DNA of 64,000 nt from Oceanispirochaeta sp. Lineage in GTDB: Bacteria; Spirochaetota; Spirochaetia; DSM-2461. The notes under the pieces were generated by a model. That model saw nothing but the letters and a program-made list of their open reading frames with translations. It had not been told where the DNA came from and searched no databases. This document shows, piece after piece, positions 38,572 to 48,543 of this stretch. A program made the position numbers and the translations under genes. The first letter of the stretch is position 1, and each line of letters begins with the position of its first letter. The stretch spans positions 1,600,001-1,664,000 of the forward strand of contig CAXXOA010000001.1 of NCBI GenBank assembly GCA_963666275.2. Direction: 5' to 3'.

Positions 38572-39441
38572 ATGAAAAAGAAATTGTTGTTTCTGTGTCT
38601 GTTGCTGATCTCCTGCTTTTTACTGCCCGCCGGGGAATCCAGGGCTCATGTATCAGCAGAAAAAACCAACGCCGAGTTGAAAGAACTTGAGGAGGAATTG
38701 TTCGATGTTGAAGTGTATCAAAAACGGGACCTGGTGGATCTGTCTGCTTATCCTCATTTTCTGCTCTACAGCAGCTGGTATTTGGCTGACCCCAGTTTTT
38801 TTGTGGATAAAGATAGCAGTCTCAATCCTGATGGCTCAGTTCTCTTTATTTGTTCTGTGGTTGAAGAAAAACCTACCGGGGCCTCAATAGAAAGCGGGGG
38901 AAATATGGGTGTTTTGTACAACCAGATGCTGGATGAAATTGTTCAGAATATAAAAACATTTTTTACAAATGCAGGTCAGCCGAGGATAACTCATGACCGG
39001 CATATAGGGCCTTTTACCAGGGATGATGTGAAACGGTTGGCCAACCGCTGCCCTCAGGTGTTAACAGCCCTTCATGGGTTGGACCCTTATGAACAGTCGG
39101 ACAATCAGCTTCTGATATTTACCTCTTTTGTAATGACCAGAGGATCAAATACAAACAGGGACGGCAGGCAGATGCTGGATATGCTGAATATTCTATTGGC
39201 CTGTCTGAATCAAATGGATTTGGAGTGGGCCGATGACGGCCCGGAAGATGTCAGAGCCAGAAGTTTATATTCCGGAGCCCTGGGCGATTTGAATACAAAC
39301 CTGTGGGCCTGCCACTGGAAAATGAGAATATCGGGAATTACGGAAGCCGGAGTTGACTTGTTTCAGGATTTGCCGGTTTTTGATGAGTATCACGGCACTC
39401 TGGAAGTGGGTGATAACACGGTTGAAGAATCGTACACATAA
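38572..39441 (+). CDS. Signal-peptide domain fused in frame to a gp37-like tail terminator (likely second start at 38905)
   Basis: AGGAG SD before 38572 (MKKKLLFLCLLLISC); from 38905 a gp37-type H.GPF..DDVKR...P pattern; directly before the sheath gene. Confidence 0.65.
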   Translation: MKKKLLFLCLLLISCFLLPAGESRAHVSAEKTNAELKELEEELFDVEVYQKRDLVDLSAYPHFLLYSSWYLADPSFFVDKDSSLNPDGSVLFICSVVEEKPTGASIESGGNMGVLYNQMLDEIVQNIKTFFTNAGQPRITHDRHIGPFTRDDVKRLANRCPQVLTALHGLDPYEQSDNQLLIFTSFVMTRGSNTNRDGRQMLDMLNILLACLNQMDLEWADDGPEDVRARSLYSGALGDLNTNLWACHWKMRISGITEAGVDLFQDLPVFDEYHGTLEVGDNTVEESYT

Positions 39442-39453
39442 CGGAGGATAAAG

Positions 39454-40914
39454 ATGGGTATACCATTTACACAGATCCCTGAAGGGTTGTTAGTCCCTGG
39501 TTCGTACCAGGAAGTGGATATGTCACTGGCCGGTGGGGGATCCAATAAAAAAATAGTACTGCTGATAGGCCAGATGCTGAGTACAGGTGTTGCAGTGGAA
39601 GGACAGGAATATGTTCTGACTTCCGAAGGCCGATGCAGAGAGCTTTTCGGAGAAGGCGCAGATCTGACAATAACTGGTTTGAGCTTCCTGGAACAGAACA
39701 AATACGAAGAAGTCCGGGCAATAGGATTGGCCGATAAGTCCGATGGGGTTCAGGCCGTTTATACGGTAACCCTGACAGCGGTCAGCCAGGAAACCGGTAC
39801 GGTCCCCTTATACATAGATGGAAGATCTGCCGCCTTTGGCATTAAAGAGACTGACGATCAGGTCACCATCCGGAATAACGCCCTGGCAGCCCTCAATTCC
39901 CTGAAGGACGGTCCGGTAGATGCCGCCGCCGGTGTGGAAGATGATGAAATGGTTCTGACCTTTAATCATAAGGGAGAAATCGGAAATACCCTGGATCTGA
40001 GGCTTTCCCTTTACGGAGAGAAAGTTCCTGCCGGTTTGACCTTTGATGTGGCTGCGACTACTCCGGGAAGCGGGAACCCTGATGTACAGACCGCCATCGA
40101 TGGGATGCAGGAGATCCGGTACAGCTATATGCTCAGCTCCATCCATGATGCGGCCAATATGGTAAAGCTGGAAACTGAGCTTGATAGAAGATATACAGCC
40201 CTTGTCCAGAAAGGATGCCGTTTGTTTATCACTCTCTCTGGAGATGCTGCCGCTCTGACCGCTTATGCCGCTGCCAACAGGAACAATCCCCATGTCACTG
40301 TATTGGCAAAGGGAAACAATCCCGAATCTGAAGCTGCCTGGTTGGGTCGGGGCGCCGCTATCATTATCCGCCGTCTGGCCGATGACCCTGCAGCTAACAT
40401 CAACGGGGTAAGTCTGAAGCTGGTTGCTTCGGTCAGTTATGACTTTGACACCCGCCAGAGCCTTCTGGAAAAAGGGATCGCCACGTATACAGTGGGGGCC
40501 GACGGAATGGCCTATGTGGAACGTCAGGTCACCATGTACACCGAAAACAAGGATGGCGACAGGGACACAGCTTATCTGGATATTCAGATTCCCGAGACAA
40601 TCGATGCCATCAGGGAACATATAAGAACTGAATGTACCCGGATTTATGCAGGATACAAACTGGCCAAAACATCGGAAAACTTCGGTGCCGGATCCAAGGT
40701 AATGACTCCCTCTCTGTTCAAGAGCTTTCTGCTTTCTACATACAGACAGGATTTTATCCAGGGAAAACAGTGGTGTCAGGACTTTGAAACCTACAAAGCC
40801 ACTTTGATCGTTGAAGCTTCGACTGTTAACGAGAAGACCCGGATTGATTACCGTCACAGGCCCCAGCTAATTGGTCAGTTTCTGATTGCAGCAGGTGTCC
40901 TGCAGGCTCAGTGA
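39454..40914 (+). CDS. Tail sheath (Mu gpL-like)
   Basis: F.QIP....PG.Y.E.D, HKGEIGN.LDLR, RQ.LL..GIAT and ERQVT.Y motifs. Confidence 0.93.
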   Translation: MGIPFTQIPEGLLVPGSYQEVDMSLAGGGSNKKIVLLIGQMLSTGVAVEGQEYVLTSEGRCRELFGEGADLTITGLSFLEQNKYEEVRAIGLADKSDGVQAVYTVTLTAVSQETGTVPLYIDGRSAAFGIKETDDQVTIRNNALAALNSLKDGPVDAAAGVEDDEMVLTFNHKGEIGNTLDLRLSLYGEKVPAGLTFDVAATTPGSGNPDVQTAIDGMQEIRYSYMLSSIHDAANMVKLETELDRRYTALVQKGCRLFITLSGDAAALTAYAAANRNNPHVTVLAKGNNPESEAAWLGRGAAIIIRRLADDPAANINGVSLKLVASVSYDFDTRQSLLEKGIATYTVGADGMAYVERQVTMYTENKDGDRDTAYLDIQIPETIDAIREHIRTECTRIYAGYKLAKTSENFGAGSKVMTPSLFKSFLLSTYRQDFIQGKQWCQDFETYKATLIVEASTVNEKTRIDYRHRPQLIGQFLIAAGVLQAQ

Positions 40915-40933
40915 TAAATAAGGAGAAAAACAA

Positions 40934-41290
40934 ATGAAACTGGATTATGTAAAACGGATCAATGTTCCTTCTATTGGAGATATACCATTAAAGGAAGGAA
41001 CGGGGACTTTCCGCCCCTCTTCGGTACAGCGGGAAGACCATGATGCCGAACAGCCCGAAGACTCGGGGTATACCGAAAAAAATGTTAAAGCCGAGCTGAA
41101 AGGAACGGTCCTTTCCAACCCGATCCTTTCTGTGGAAGACATGAATTTTGCCGGTGAGAATGTCACGGTCGTTCTGGCTTCCGGCAAAGAGTATATGATG
41201 CCTGCGGCCTATGCTTCCGAACCGGTTGAACTGAGTAAAGGGGAGATGTCCCTGCAGATCAATAGTGCAATCAGCGAGAGGATAAGCTGA
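40934..41290 (+). CDS. Tail tube (Mu gpM-like)
   Basis: 118 aa directly after the sheath; GY.EK...AELK...GK.Y.M..AY. Confidence 0.8.
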   Translation: MKLDYVKRINVPSIGDIPLKEGTGTFRPSSVQREDHDAEQPEDSGYTEKNVKAELKGTVLSNPILSVEDMNFAGENVTVVLASGKEYMMPAAYASEPVELSKGEMSLQINSAISERIS

Positions 41291-41631
41291 TGAAGAAACT
41301 GACACTGAACACGCCTGTTTCAAAGGGGGAACGGACCATATCGGAGCTGAAGTTTTCCGATGCCAAGGTCCGCCACATGACAGCTATTGACGGCTTTGAA
41401 GATAAAAACGGTTACGGAGCGGATCTTGCTTTGGCATCCTCTCTAACAGGGGAACCTGTTTCTATACTGGGAGAGGTTGAGCCGGAAGATTGGGTAAAGG
41501 TCAGAGAGATCCTGACGGAAGTTTATGCCCGGTTTATGGGCCTTTCCCTGGAAGAACTTCAGGAGGCCTCTGACCCCCCGGCCCAGCCGGAGGACAGCGA
41601 AGCCTCCGGAGAGTCATCGACGAAACCATAG
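41290..41631 (+). CDS. Tail assembly chaperone (gp41/gpE-like)
   Basis: L.L.TPV..G..TISEL...LTG.P...L.E..PEDW; between tube and tape measure. Confidence 0.85.
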   Translation: MKKLTLNTPVSKGERTISELKFSDAKVRHMTAIDGFEDKNGYGADLALASSLTGEPVSILGEVEPEDWVKVREILTEVYARFMGLSLEELQEASDPPAQPEDSEASGESSTKP

Positions 41632-41759
41632 CCGAGATAATGCTGATTCTTCCGGGAATGGGATACGAGACTCTGATGGACATGACAGGGCCCCGTTTTT
41701 GGGAGTGGCATGAAATAGCCTTGCAAAAATATGGAGAGATAAGAGGAGTTAACGGTTAA
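41574..41759 (+). CDS. -1 frameshift extension of the tail chaperone (gpE'-like)
   Basis: C CCC CCG slippery heptamer; the -1 frame is open to a TAA overlapping the tape-measure ATG and encodes IAEIMLILPGMGYETLMDM...FWEWHEIA. Confidence 0.75.
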   Translation, partial: PPGPAGGQRSLRRVIDETIAEIMLILPGMGYETLMDMTGPRFWEWHEIALQKYGEIRGVNG

Positions 41760-43783
41760 TGGCCGATTTAAAAGCCAAAGTACAACTTGGTTTAAACAAC
41801 AAACTATCCGGCGGAATAAAAACAGCCGGGCGCGACATGGCATCTTTTGCCAGCGGAGCGTCCGGCGCTTTGTCCAGAGTGGACAGAGCAATATCCGGTA
41901 CTGCCGGAAAACTCCTCTCCCTGGGGGGCGGTCTCGGCCTGGCCGCCGCAGCCAAACAGACCATAGACCTTGAAAAGCAGATGACCAGGCTGGGAACCCA
42001 GGCCGGTGTTTCTGCGGCGGAAATGGACAAGCTGAAAGCCAATATTTTCGCTGTTTCCCGAAATAATAAAATAAAAGTTGATCCTTCTCAGCTACTGGGA
42101 GCTGTGGATTCCATCATTGAAAGAACCGGTGATATGGATTTTGCCAGGGAAAACCTAGAAAGCATCGCCATGGCCATTCAGGCCTCCGGAGCGGAGGGAA
42201 ATGCTATCGGCGGGCTCTATGCGGAGTTCCAGAAAATGGGTCTGGGCGCTGATACGGCTATGCAGGCAATCGATACACTGACCCTCCAGGGAAAAAACGG
42301 AGCATTTACCCTGGAAAACCTGGCAGCCCTGGGGCCCAGAGTTATAAATGCCTATACCGCCACCGGCAGGAACGGAGCGGCCGCGTTAACGGAAATGGGA
42401 GCGGCTCTGCAGGTAATCCGGAGAGGTACAGGGAGTTCTGAACAGGCTGCCACCAGCTTTGAAGCTCTAATGCGGAACCTGGTTGATCCGACTAAGCAGA
42501 AAAAACTCAAGGATATGGGAGTATCTGTTTACGACACGGCAGGGAAATTCCGCTCTGTTACCAGTCTCATTGAAGAAATCGTCACCAAATCAAAAGGAGA
42601 TCTCAGCAGCCTGGGAACAATCTTCGATAGCGAAGCCATGAGAGCTTTCAACTCGGCTATTTCCGAGTTTCAAAGATCCGGAACAGTCGGAAGCCTGGAA
42701 GAGTTTTTGAAAATGCAGGGAGACGGTTCTACGGTAATGAAAGATTCCGCCAGGAATGCTTCAACCATGGCAGCCAATCTTACCAATCTGAAAACCAGCT
42801 TCCAGGATTTTGCGGATGATAATCTGGCCGCCCCCATTGAGAAGGTCGCGAATGTACTGAACTCAGTTTCTCCCGAGCAGTTTGATACATGGATGAACGG
42901 AGCCAAAAATGTGGCTATCGGACTGGCAGCTCTGAAAGGTGTAACCATGACAGCTTCTGCCTTAACGTCTGTTGCAGGGCTGGTAAAGGCTGTACCTGGC
43001 AGAAGTGGAGCAGCTTCAATGGCTTCCGGCATGGGCGGAGGGTCTCCTGTTTTTGTAACAAACTGGCCTGCCGGTATGGGAGGAATCACCGGTGGAGCTG
43101 GAGCTTCTGCCAGTGGAGTCGTGGCGAGCGGCGGCGCAAGAAGTACAGCTGCGATCCTGAAGGCAACTGCCAGGCAAGGCGGGATACGAGGGGCTGTCGC
43201 AAGAGGATTGTTTAAGCCCTTTGTGAGGTTAAGTGCCGCTGCCGGTAGATCCGGAGCTCTTGGTTCTGTTTTGCGAATGGGCGGGAGAATCGCCAGTAAA
43301 GCAAATGTGGCCATCCCGGTTGCTCTTTCTGCTGTTGAGATTGCCAAAATTGCCGGTTCAAGGAATCTCAATAAAGAAGAAAAAACAAAGGAGATAAGCG
43401 GAGCAGCCGGAGGTCTGGGGGGTATTCTGGCCGGAGCTGCAGCAGGAGCTGCTTTGGGATCCGTTATTCCAGGAGCAGGAACTGCAGTCGGTGCTCTCCT
43501 TGGTATCGGCGGCTCTCTATTGGGCGGGTATCTCGGACGGAAAGGCGGAGAAAAAATCGGTGACGGAATCAATTCCATATCCTCCATGGCTAACAATTCC
43601 GCTTCAGGAATGAATATTCCCACAGCCACCTCATATATGCCTGGTGCTCCAGGGGTAAATATAAGAAATGAAATGAATATTGAAGAACTGGCCGAAGGGT
43701 ATGCTTACCGGAACAATACCTATATTAATGACATGCTGGTCAATGTTGAAACCGGTGCTCAGTCCAGGAGTATTCAGGGATGA
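41759..43783 (+). CDS. Tape measure protein
   Basis: Ala/Gly-rich 674 aa; QGK.GAFTLENLA motif. Confidence 0.9.
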   Translation: MADLKAKVQLGLNNKLSGGIKTAGRDMASFASGASGALSRVDRAISGTAGKLLSLGGGLGLAAAAKQTIDLEKQMTRLGTQAGVSAAEMDKLKANIFAVSRNNKIKVDPSQLLGAVDSIIERTGDMDFARENLESIAMAIQASGAEGNAIGGLYAEFQKMGLGADTAMQAIDTLTLQGKNGAFTLENLAALGPRVINAYTATGRNGAAALTEMGAALQVIRRGTGSSEQAATSFEALMRNLVDPTKQKKLKDMGVSVYDTAGKFRSVTSLIEEIVTKSKGDLSSLGTIFDSEAMRAFNSAISEFQRSGTVGSLEEFLKMQGDGSTVMKDSARNASTMAANLTNLKTSFQDFADDNLAAPIEKVANVLNSVSPEQFDTWMNGAKNVAIGLAALKGVTMTASALTSVAGLVKAVPGRSGAASMASGMGGGSPVFVTNWPAGMGGITGGAGASASGVVASGGARSTAAILKATARQGGIRGAVARGLFKPFVRLSAAAGRSGALGSVLRMGGRIASKANVAIPVALSAVEIAKIAGSRNLNKEEKTKEISGAAGGLGGILAGAAAGAALGSVIPGAGTAVGALLGIGGSLLGGYLGRKGGEKIGDGINSISSMANNSASGMNIPTATSYMPGAPGVNIRNEMNIEELAEGYAYRNNTYINDMLVNVETGAQSRSIQG

Positions 43784-44979
43784 GTGATTGGAGAGAGGAA
43801 CTGAAAAAAACTCCCCTGTCCTTCCGGGGAGTCCGGATCATCTGGACCGATACCAAGGAATCCGGCGGTTTCAATAATGATAAGAAGGTCTATCCCTCCC
43901 TGGGAGGATGGGATATTGACCAGATCAGTCAGATCCCAAACAGCTTTAGCATTAACGGCAAACTGCTGGGAGACGATTACCTGGATAAAAAGAAGATCCT
44001 GAAGGAAGCTCTGCTGACTCCCGGCAAGGGAACTCTTGTTCTCCCCGGCTTAGGATCTGTGGATGTCCTGGTAGCCAAATGGAATATCCAGGAGAGACTT
44101 GATGCCAAGGGTATGGCTGTAGTCAGCATCGACTTCGATAAATACCAGCCCGATGAAATCAACTTTGCCGAGCCGGACCCGGTACAAATCCTGGTGGATT
44201 ATTCCGAGCAACAGCAAGCAGCCACTCTGGCCGTGGTGGAAGAGAATATGGACCTCTCCTCAGATACTCTGCTCCTGGAGGCGAAGAAAGCTTTTGGCTC
44301 TGTCTTTGATGAGATCCTGAACATCACAGCCATGCTGCAGGGAAAAACCGGACCGCTGGCTGATGTCTTGTATGAGATTGAGCAGGCCCAGGGCAAACTC
44401 GATACCCTTGTAACATTGCCTGGTGAGATGCTGTCCTCTCTATTTTCTATTATGGACAGCCTGGTCTCTTTCGTGGCTACGGGGGAACAGGTCTTCGCCC
44501 TGGTTGATCCGATCCGCTCCTGCCTACAGGACTTCAAACGGGCTTTAAAGTTCCAGATTTATCCAGGAACAAATGACCAGAACGAAGAGATCCCGAAGAC
44601 CCAGAACTCCCGGATGGCAGAGCATACCTACACGGTCCTGGCATTTTACGGAACAGCCAAGCTGATGGAGAGTTTTGAGCCCTGGTCCCAGGAAGATGCA
44701 GAGCAGCAGGCCGCGGTACTGGTGGATCTCTCAATTGCGGCAGAATCGAACTCCTCAGATGAAAATGAGGTGATACGGAACTTAAGAACCCAGGGCACCG
44801 CTGTCCTTTATAAAACGGTCCAGTCTCTGGGGCTCGTTAACCAGAAGGAGATCTTTCTGACCAGTCCGGTAAATGCTCTTTTCCTTGCGGCGCAGCTGGG
44901 AACAACAGTGGAAGTACTGCAGAAATTCAACAGACCCGAAAACCTGTTTCAAATGAAAGGGAGAATCCTCTATGTCTGA
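43780..44979 (+). CDS. DNA circularization protein (Mu gpN-like)
   Basis: W...L...SFRGV...G.DY......L..AL..PG.GTL..P..G. Confidence 0.85.
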   Translation: MSDWREELKKTPLSFRGVRIIWTDTKESGGFNNDKKVYPSLGGWDIDQISQIPNSFSINGKLLGDDYLDKKKILKEALLTPGKGTLVLPGLGSVDVLVAKWNIQERLDAKGMAVVSIDFDKYQPDEINFAEPDPVQILVDYSEQQQAATLAVVEENMDLSSDTLLLEAKKAFGSVFDEILNITAMLQGKTGPLADVLYEIEQAQGKLDTLVTLPGEMLSSLFSIMDSLVSFVATGEQVFALVDPIRSCLQDFKRALKFQIYPGTNDQNEEIPKTQNSRMAEHTYTVLAFYGTAKLMESFEPWSQEDAEQQAAVLVDLSIAAESNSSDENEVIRNLRTQGTAVLYKTVQSLGLVNQKEIFLTSPVNALFLAAQLGTTVEVLQKFNRPENLFQMKGRILYV

Positions 44980-45913
44980 CTTACTTATCAAGATCGAAGG
45001 AAAGGAATATCTCACCTGGACTACCTTCTATTTAAAGAAAAGCCTGGAAGAAGTGGCACACTCCTTCAACTTCTCAGTGAAGGCGGGAGCAGGAATCCAT
45101 AAGATCCAGAAACATGATGATGTAAAGATCCTCTTTGGAGGGAAATCCTATACAGCTGGTCGGATTGATAAGACCATACATACTCTCAGCAAAGACAGCA
45201 ACGTTTATTCCTATGCTGGACGCAGTTATGTGCGGGATCTGATTGATAGCTCAGCAACAGCCCATTATGAGGGTTGGTATTTGACTGCGATATTTGATCA
45301 TCTTTGTGCTATATATCATGTCCCCTATGATAAGCCTGATGATGTTAAGACCTCAATCGTTAAAAAGTTTGCACTTACAGCAGAATCCCCTTGGCAGAAA
45401 ATGGTTGCCGAGGCTTTGAACCAGGGGCTGATTTTTACTAGTGATCTGGTTGGTGGGGTTATCCTTGGAAAAGCCAGTTCGGAAAAGCTTCCGGCTGTAC
45501 TGGAAGAAGGTGTGAACTTTCAGCAAATGGAAGAAGAAGCTGATGGGTCTTCGCAATTCTCTGCTTACACAGTACGATCCGGAGACCGACAGGGACAAGT
45601 TCTTGATCCAGACATAGGAACAAAGTTCCAACGCCCCCTGGATATCTATATCGATAGAGAGACTATGACCGGCGAGCTGAAGAAACGGGCCGAAATGGAG
45701 ATGAAGAGGGGTCAGTCCAAGAAGTACCGAATAACCCTGGGCAGCTGGAAGTATGCGGAAGGCAAGTACTGGGATGTGAACTACCAGGTGAAAGTGAAAA
45801 GCCCCACCTTTGAGCTGGATAAATACTTGTTGATTACGCAGGTTGAGTTCTTCCTGAGGGAAAGAAGGAAGCATGTAGTTCTGACCCTGGAGGAGAAAGA
45901 ACTCTATGAGTAA
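44972..45913 (+). CDS. Baseplate hub (Mu gpP/gp44-like)
   Basis: GRS..RDLIDSS, L.EG.N and W.VN..V.V motifs. Confidence 0.85.
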   Translation: MSDLLIKIEGKEYLTWTTFYLKKSLEEVAHSFNFSVKAGAGIHKIQKHDDVKILFGGKSYTAGRIDKTIHTLSKDSNVYSYAGRSYVRDLIDSSATAHYEGWYLTAIFDHLCAIYHVPYDKPDDVKTSIVKKFALTAESPWQKMVAEALNQGLIFTSDLVGGVILGKASSEKLPAVLEEGVNFQQMEEEADGSSQFSAYTVRSGDRQGQVLDPDIGTKFQRPLDIYIDRETMTGELKKRAEMEMKRGQSKKYRITLGSWKYAEGKYWDVNYQVKVKSPTFELDKYLLITQVEFFLRERRKHVVLTLEEKELYE

Positions 45914-46403
45914 TCAGGTTAAACAGCTTTTTGAAAGGATAAGAAAGCTCTTCGCCACAGGAGAAATCACCAATCCCGACTTCAAAGCTCCCCAAATAAA
46001 AACCCAGCAGGGGCAGATCGTAAAAGAGACCATCCGTTGGCCTTACGGATTCACCTCCTGGCCAGAGGAAGGAACCGTTCTGGTGATGTTCAAAGGAGGT
46101 GATCAGGGAGCTGCAGAGGTGCTGTATGTGAGCAGTCGAAACGGCGAACCGTCTCTTGAAAAAGGGGACGCTGCACTTTGGAGCAAAGCCGGTGCGGCAG
46201 CTATCGCAAAGCAGTCCGGGAAGCTAGCCATTTACAGCAATACCATAACCTTGAAAGCCTGGCTGGATGAGCTGATAACGATCTGTTCGGGGATAAATAC
46301 AGTTCCAACTTCCGGAACAAATCCTCCTCAGACATTAAATCCTCTAGTAGTTACCCAACTGGAAGCTCTGAAATTGAAAACAGCTCAGCTACTGGAGGAT
46401 TGA
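45906..46403 (+). CDS. Baseplate spike (Mu gp45-like)
   Basis: PYGFTS.P..G...F.GGD...L.KGD.AL. Confidence 0.8.
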   Translation: MSNQVKQLFERIRKLFATGEITNPDFKAPQIKTQQGQIVKETIRWPYGFTSWPEEGTVLVMFKGGDQGAAEVLYVSSRNGEPSLEKGDAALWSKAGAAAIAKQSGKLAIYSNTITLKAWLDELITICSGINTVPTSGTNPPQTLNPLVVTQLEALKLKTAQLLED

Positions 46404-46407
46404 AGCA

Positions 46408-46719
46408 GTGTTTGAATGGACTGATGACCCTGTAGAGATCGCCTGGATCTGCATCGGGACTGATAAAGGAAAATGGTGGGCTGACCTAGAGTTCGGGACG
46501 ATCCTCTGGCAACTGAAAAAAGAGAAGGTCACAGCGGAGACTCCCCGTAAGGTGGAAGAGACCCTGACCGAAGCAGTCGGCTGGATGGTTCCGGCGGAGA
46601 TGATCACCAGTTTTGAGGTCATCGTTGAAGTATTGAAAAACAGGGTGAACTGGAAGGTTTCACTCATCCTGCCGGATAAGACTCCGGCTGATATTACCGG
46701 AGGTTACAATGGGGTTTAA
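46408..46719 (+). CDS. Baseplate protein (Mu gp46-like)
   Basis: G.WWAD..FG..LW.L..EK...EA..W. Confidence 0.85.
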   Translation: MFEWTDDPVEIAWICIGTDKGKWWADLEFGTILWQLKKEKVTAETPRKVEETLTEAVGWMVPAEMITSFEVIVEVLKNRVNWKVSLILPDKTPADITGGYNGV

Positions 46720-47752
46720 TACACCGACCTTGGAGGAACTCCAGGAGCAGCACTGGAACGATTTTAACAGCCGGTTGAGTCCGGTCAAATCCTCCCCTAA
46801 ATACAGCACTCTGAAGATCAACAGCATGGTCAATGCAGGGATGTTTCACCTGCTCCATGAGAACTTGAAATTCCTGGCTCTGCAGCTCTTTCCGGACACC
46901 GCTGAAGGCGTTTATCTGGATGCTCACTGGAGCTGGAGAAGCGACAAGAGAAAGCTGGAAACTTTCTCAGTCGGTCCCATGACTGTGACCGGTGTCCCCG
47001 GTACTTCAATCCTTGCCGGAGACAGCTGGGTTGTCGGCGATATTTACTACGTTGCTCAAGAAGAAACAGTAGTCGGCGGAGACGGGACTGCAGTAGTACA
47101 GATCAGAGCCCTGGTAGCTGGTGACGAAGCTGATCTTGATGAAGGAAAAACCTTAGAAGTCAGCAGGCCTAAAGCCGGTCTGGATGATGAAGCTGTCAGT
47201 GGTGGAATCGCCGGGGGAACCGACCGGGAAGAAGACACTGATTACAAGAACAGAATGCTCCTGAATCTCCGGATCGGAACCAAGTACGGAAAGCCTGGCG
47301 ACTGGGCTTCATGGGCTCTGGATTCCAGTGCTGAAGTGGTCAAAGCCTGGGAGTATCCGCTCTCAGATTCTTACGGAACACTGCTCATCCAGGTGCTGGC
47401 TGATAACTACTCACAGGTAGCGGATCTGGCTACTGTGAAAGCTTATATTCAGAGTGTTGCACCGCCGCTCCTTTGGACTGTCGAGACTCCTGAAATCAAA
47501 TCCTTCGACATGTTCCTTCATGTGAATAATGCCTCAGAGGATACAGCTGAAAACAGAGCTGCAGCAGAAGCTGCTCTCTCCCTCTGGATGAGTGAAAACG
47601 CCAAGCCGAATCTGGAGATTTCCGCCGGTCTTCTCAGCACCATTGCATCATCCCCTGCAGGGCTCACTTATGTGGTTGTTACCTTCCCCGGAGACACCCC
47701 TACATTCACCATCAGAGAGTTCCCTGTAATAGGAAATAAAACATGGTATTGA
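46709..47752 (+). CDS. Baseplate J-like wedge protein (Mu gp47)
   Basis: PTLEEL, Q.FPDTA.G.YL..H, GG.D.E.D..Y..R and G...D...WA motifs. Confidence 0.9.
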   Translation: MGFNTPTLEELQEQHWNDFNSRLSPVKSSPKYSTLKINSMVNAGMFHLLHENLKFLALQLFPDTAEGVYLDAHWSWRSDKRKLETFSVGPMTVTGVPGTSILAGDSWVVGDIYYVAQEETVVGGDGTAVVQIRALVAGDEADLDEGKTLEVSRPKAGLDDEAVSGGIAGGTDREEDTDYKNRMLLNLRIGTKYGKPGDWASWALDSSAEVVKAWEYPLSDSYGTLLIQVLADNYSQVADLATVKAYIQSVAPPLLWTVETPEIKSFDMFLHVNNASEDTAENRAAAEAALSLWMSENAKPNLEISAGLLSTIASSPAGLTYVVVTFPGDTPTFTIREFPVIGNKTWY

Positions 47753-48543
47753 TGCCCCTTCTGAGTCATGAAGACTACGTCCAATCAATCAAGCAGCTCT
47801 ATCCGGTTGGTGAGTACTGGGATGCCGTTTTCTCTGATTCTGAGAGTGAATTATCCCTTTATGTGGATGGGCTGGCAGCCTCTGCAAAAAGGGCTCAAGA
47901 CCGCTTTGTTGACCTCCTTATGGAAGCCTTTCCGAACACTGCAAATGAGCTGATCACAGACTATGAAAGAGTCTTTGAAGTAACTCCTGAAGGAGAGCTG
48001 AGCGACCGTCAGAATCATGTCATTACTGAGTGGATCGGTAGCTTGTTCAGACCTACTGACTGGGATGCCATTGCAGCTGAATATTCCTTCACTCTGACAC
48101 TGGAAAGACAGAAGATGTTCTGCTGTGGACTCAGCTCCTTCGGGGATCAATTGTGGGACGTTTCTGCCAGGTCATTTCTGGACTTTTCAGTCACTATGCC
48201 CATAGGCACAGAAGACGAAACGAAGGTAGCATTTGAAGCCAAAATGTGGGCTTTGTCACCTCCAAATTACTACCTGAATTTCAACTATCCCAGGGGCTGG
48301 TATGACATAGCTGAAGAGTTTGGATTCACCCTTACGGACTCAGCTGAAGAGACGTATTCCCTGGATGGTGCGCGGCTTGAGGATCTCCTCTGGGGCAGTG
48401 ATGCTAAGTACTATCTCACTCTTGAAATGGTAGTTCCTGCAGGCACTACTTCAGAAGAAAAAGAAAACTTCGAAACGGAAATCAGCAGTGTCACAGCAGC
48501 TGATTATTTTATTGAATTTAACTATACGGAGGAAAGCGTATGA
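47743..48543 (+). CDS. Baseplate wedge (Mu gp48/DUF2313-like) with duplicated C-terminal domain
   Basis: L.P.G.YW...EA.P.TA.ELI.DYER; internal repeat of about 78 aa. Confidence 0.75.
   Translation: MVLMPLLSHEDYVQSIKQLYPVGEYWDAVFSDSESELSLYVDGLAASAKRAQDRFVDLLMEAFPNTANELITDYERVFEVTPEGELSDRQNHVITEWIGSLFRPTDWDAIAAEYSFTLTLERQKMFCCGLSSFGDQLWDVSARSFLDFSVTMPIGTEDETKVAFEAKMWALSPPNYYLNFNYPRGWYDIAEEFGFTLTDSAEETYSLDGARLEDLLWGSDAKYYLTLEMVVPAGTTSEEKENFETEISSVTAADYFIEFNYTEESV

Noticed and set aside
41525..41713. 62-aa ORF as the frameshift partner of the tail chaperone
   Set aside because: It is in the +1 frame and lacks gpE'-like features; the -1 frame (41574-41759) fits instead.
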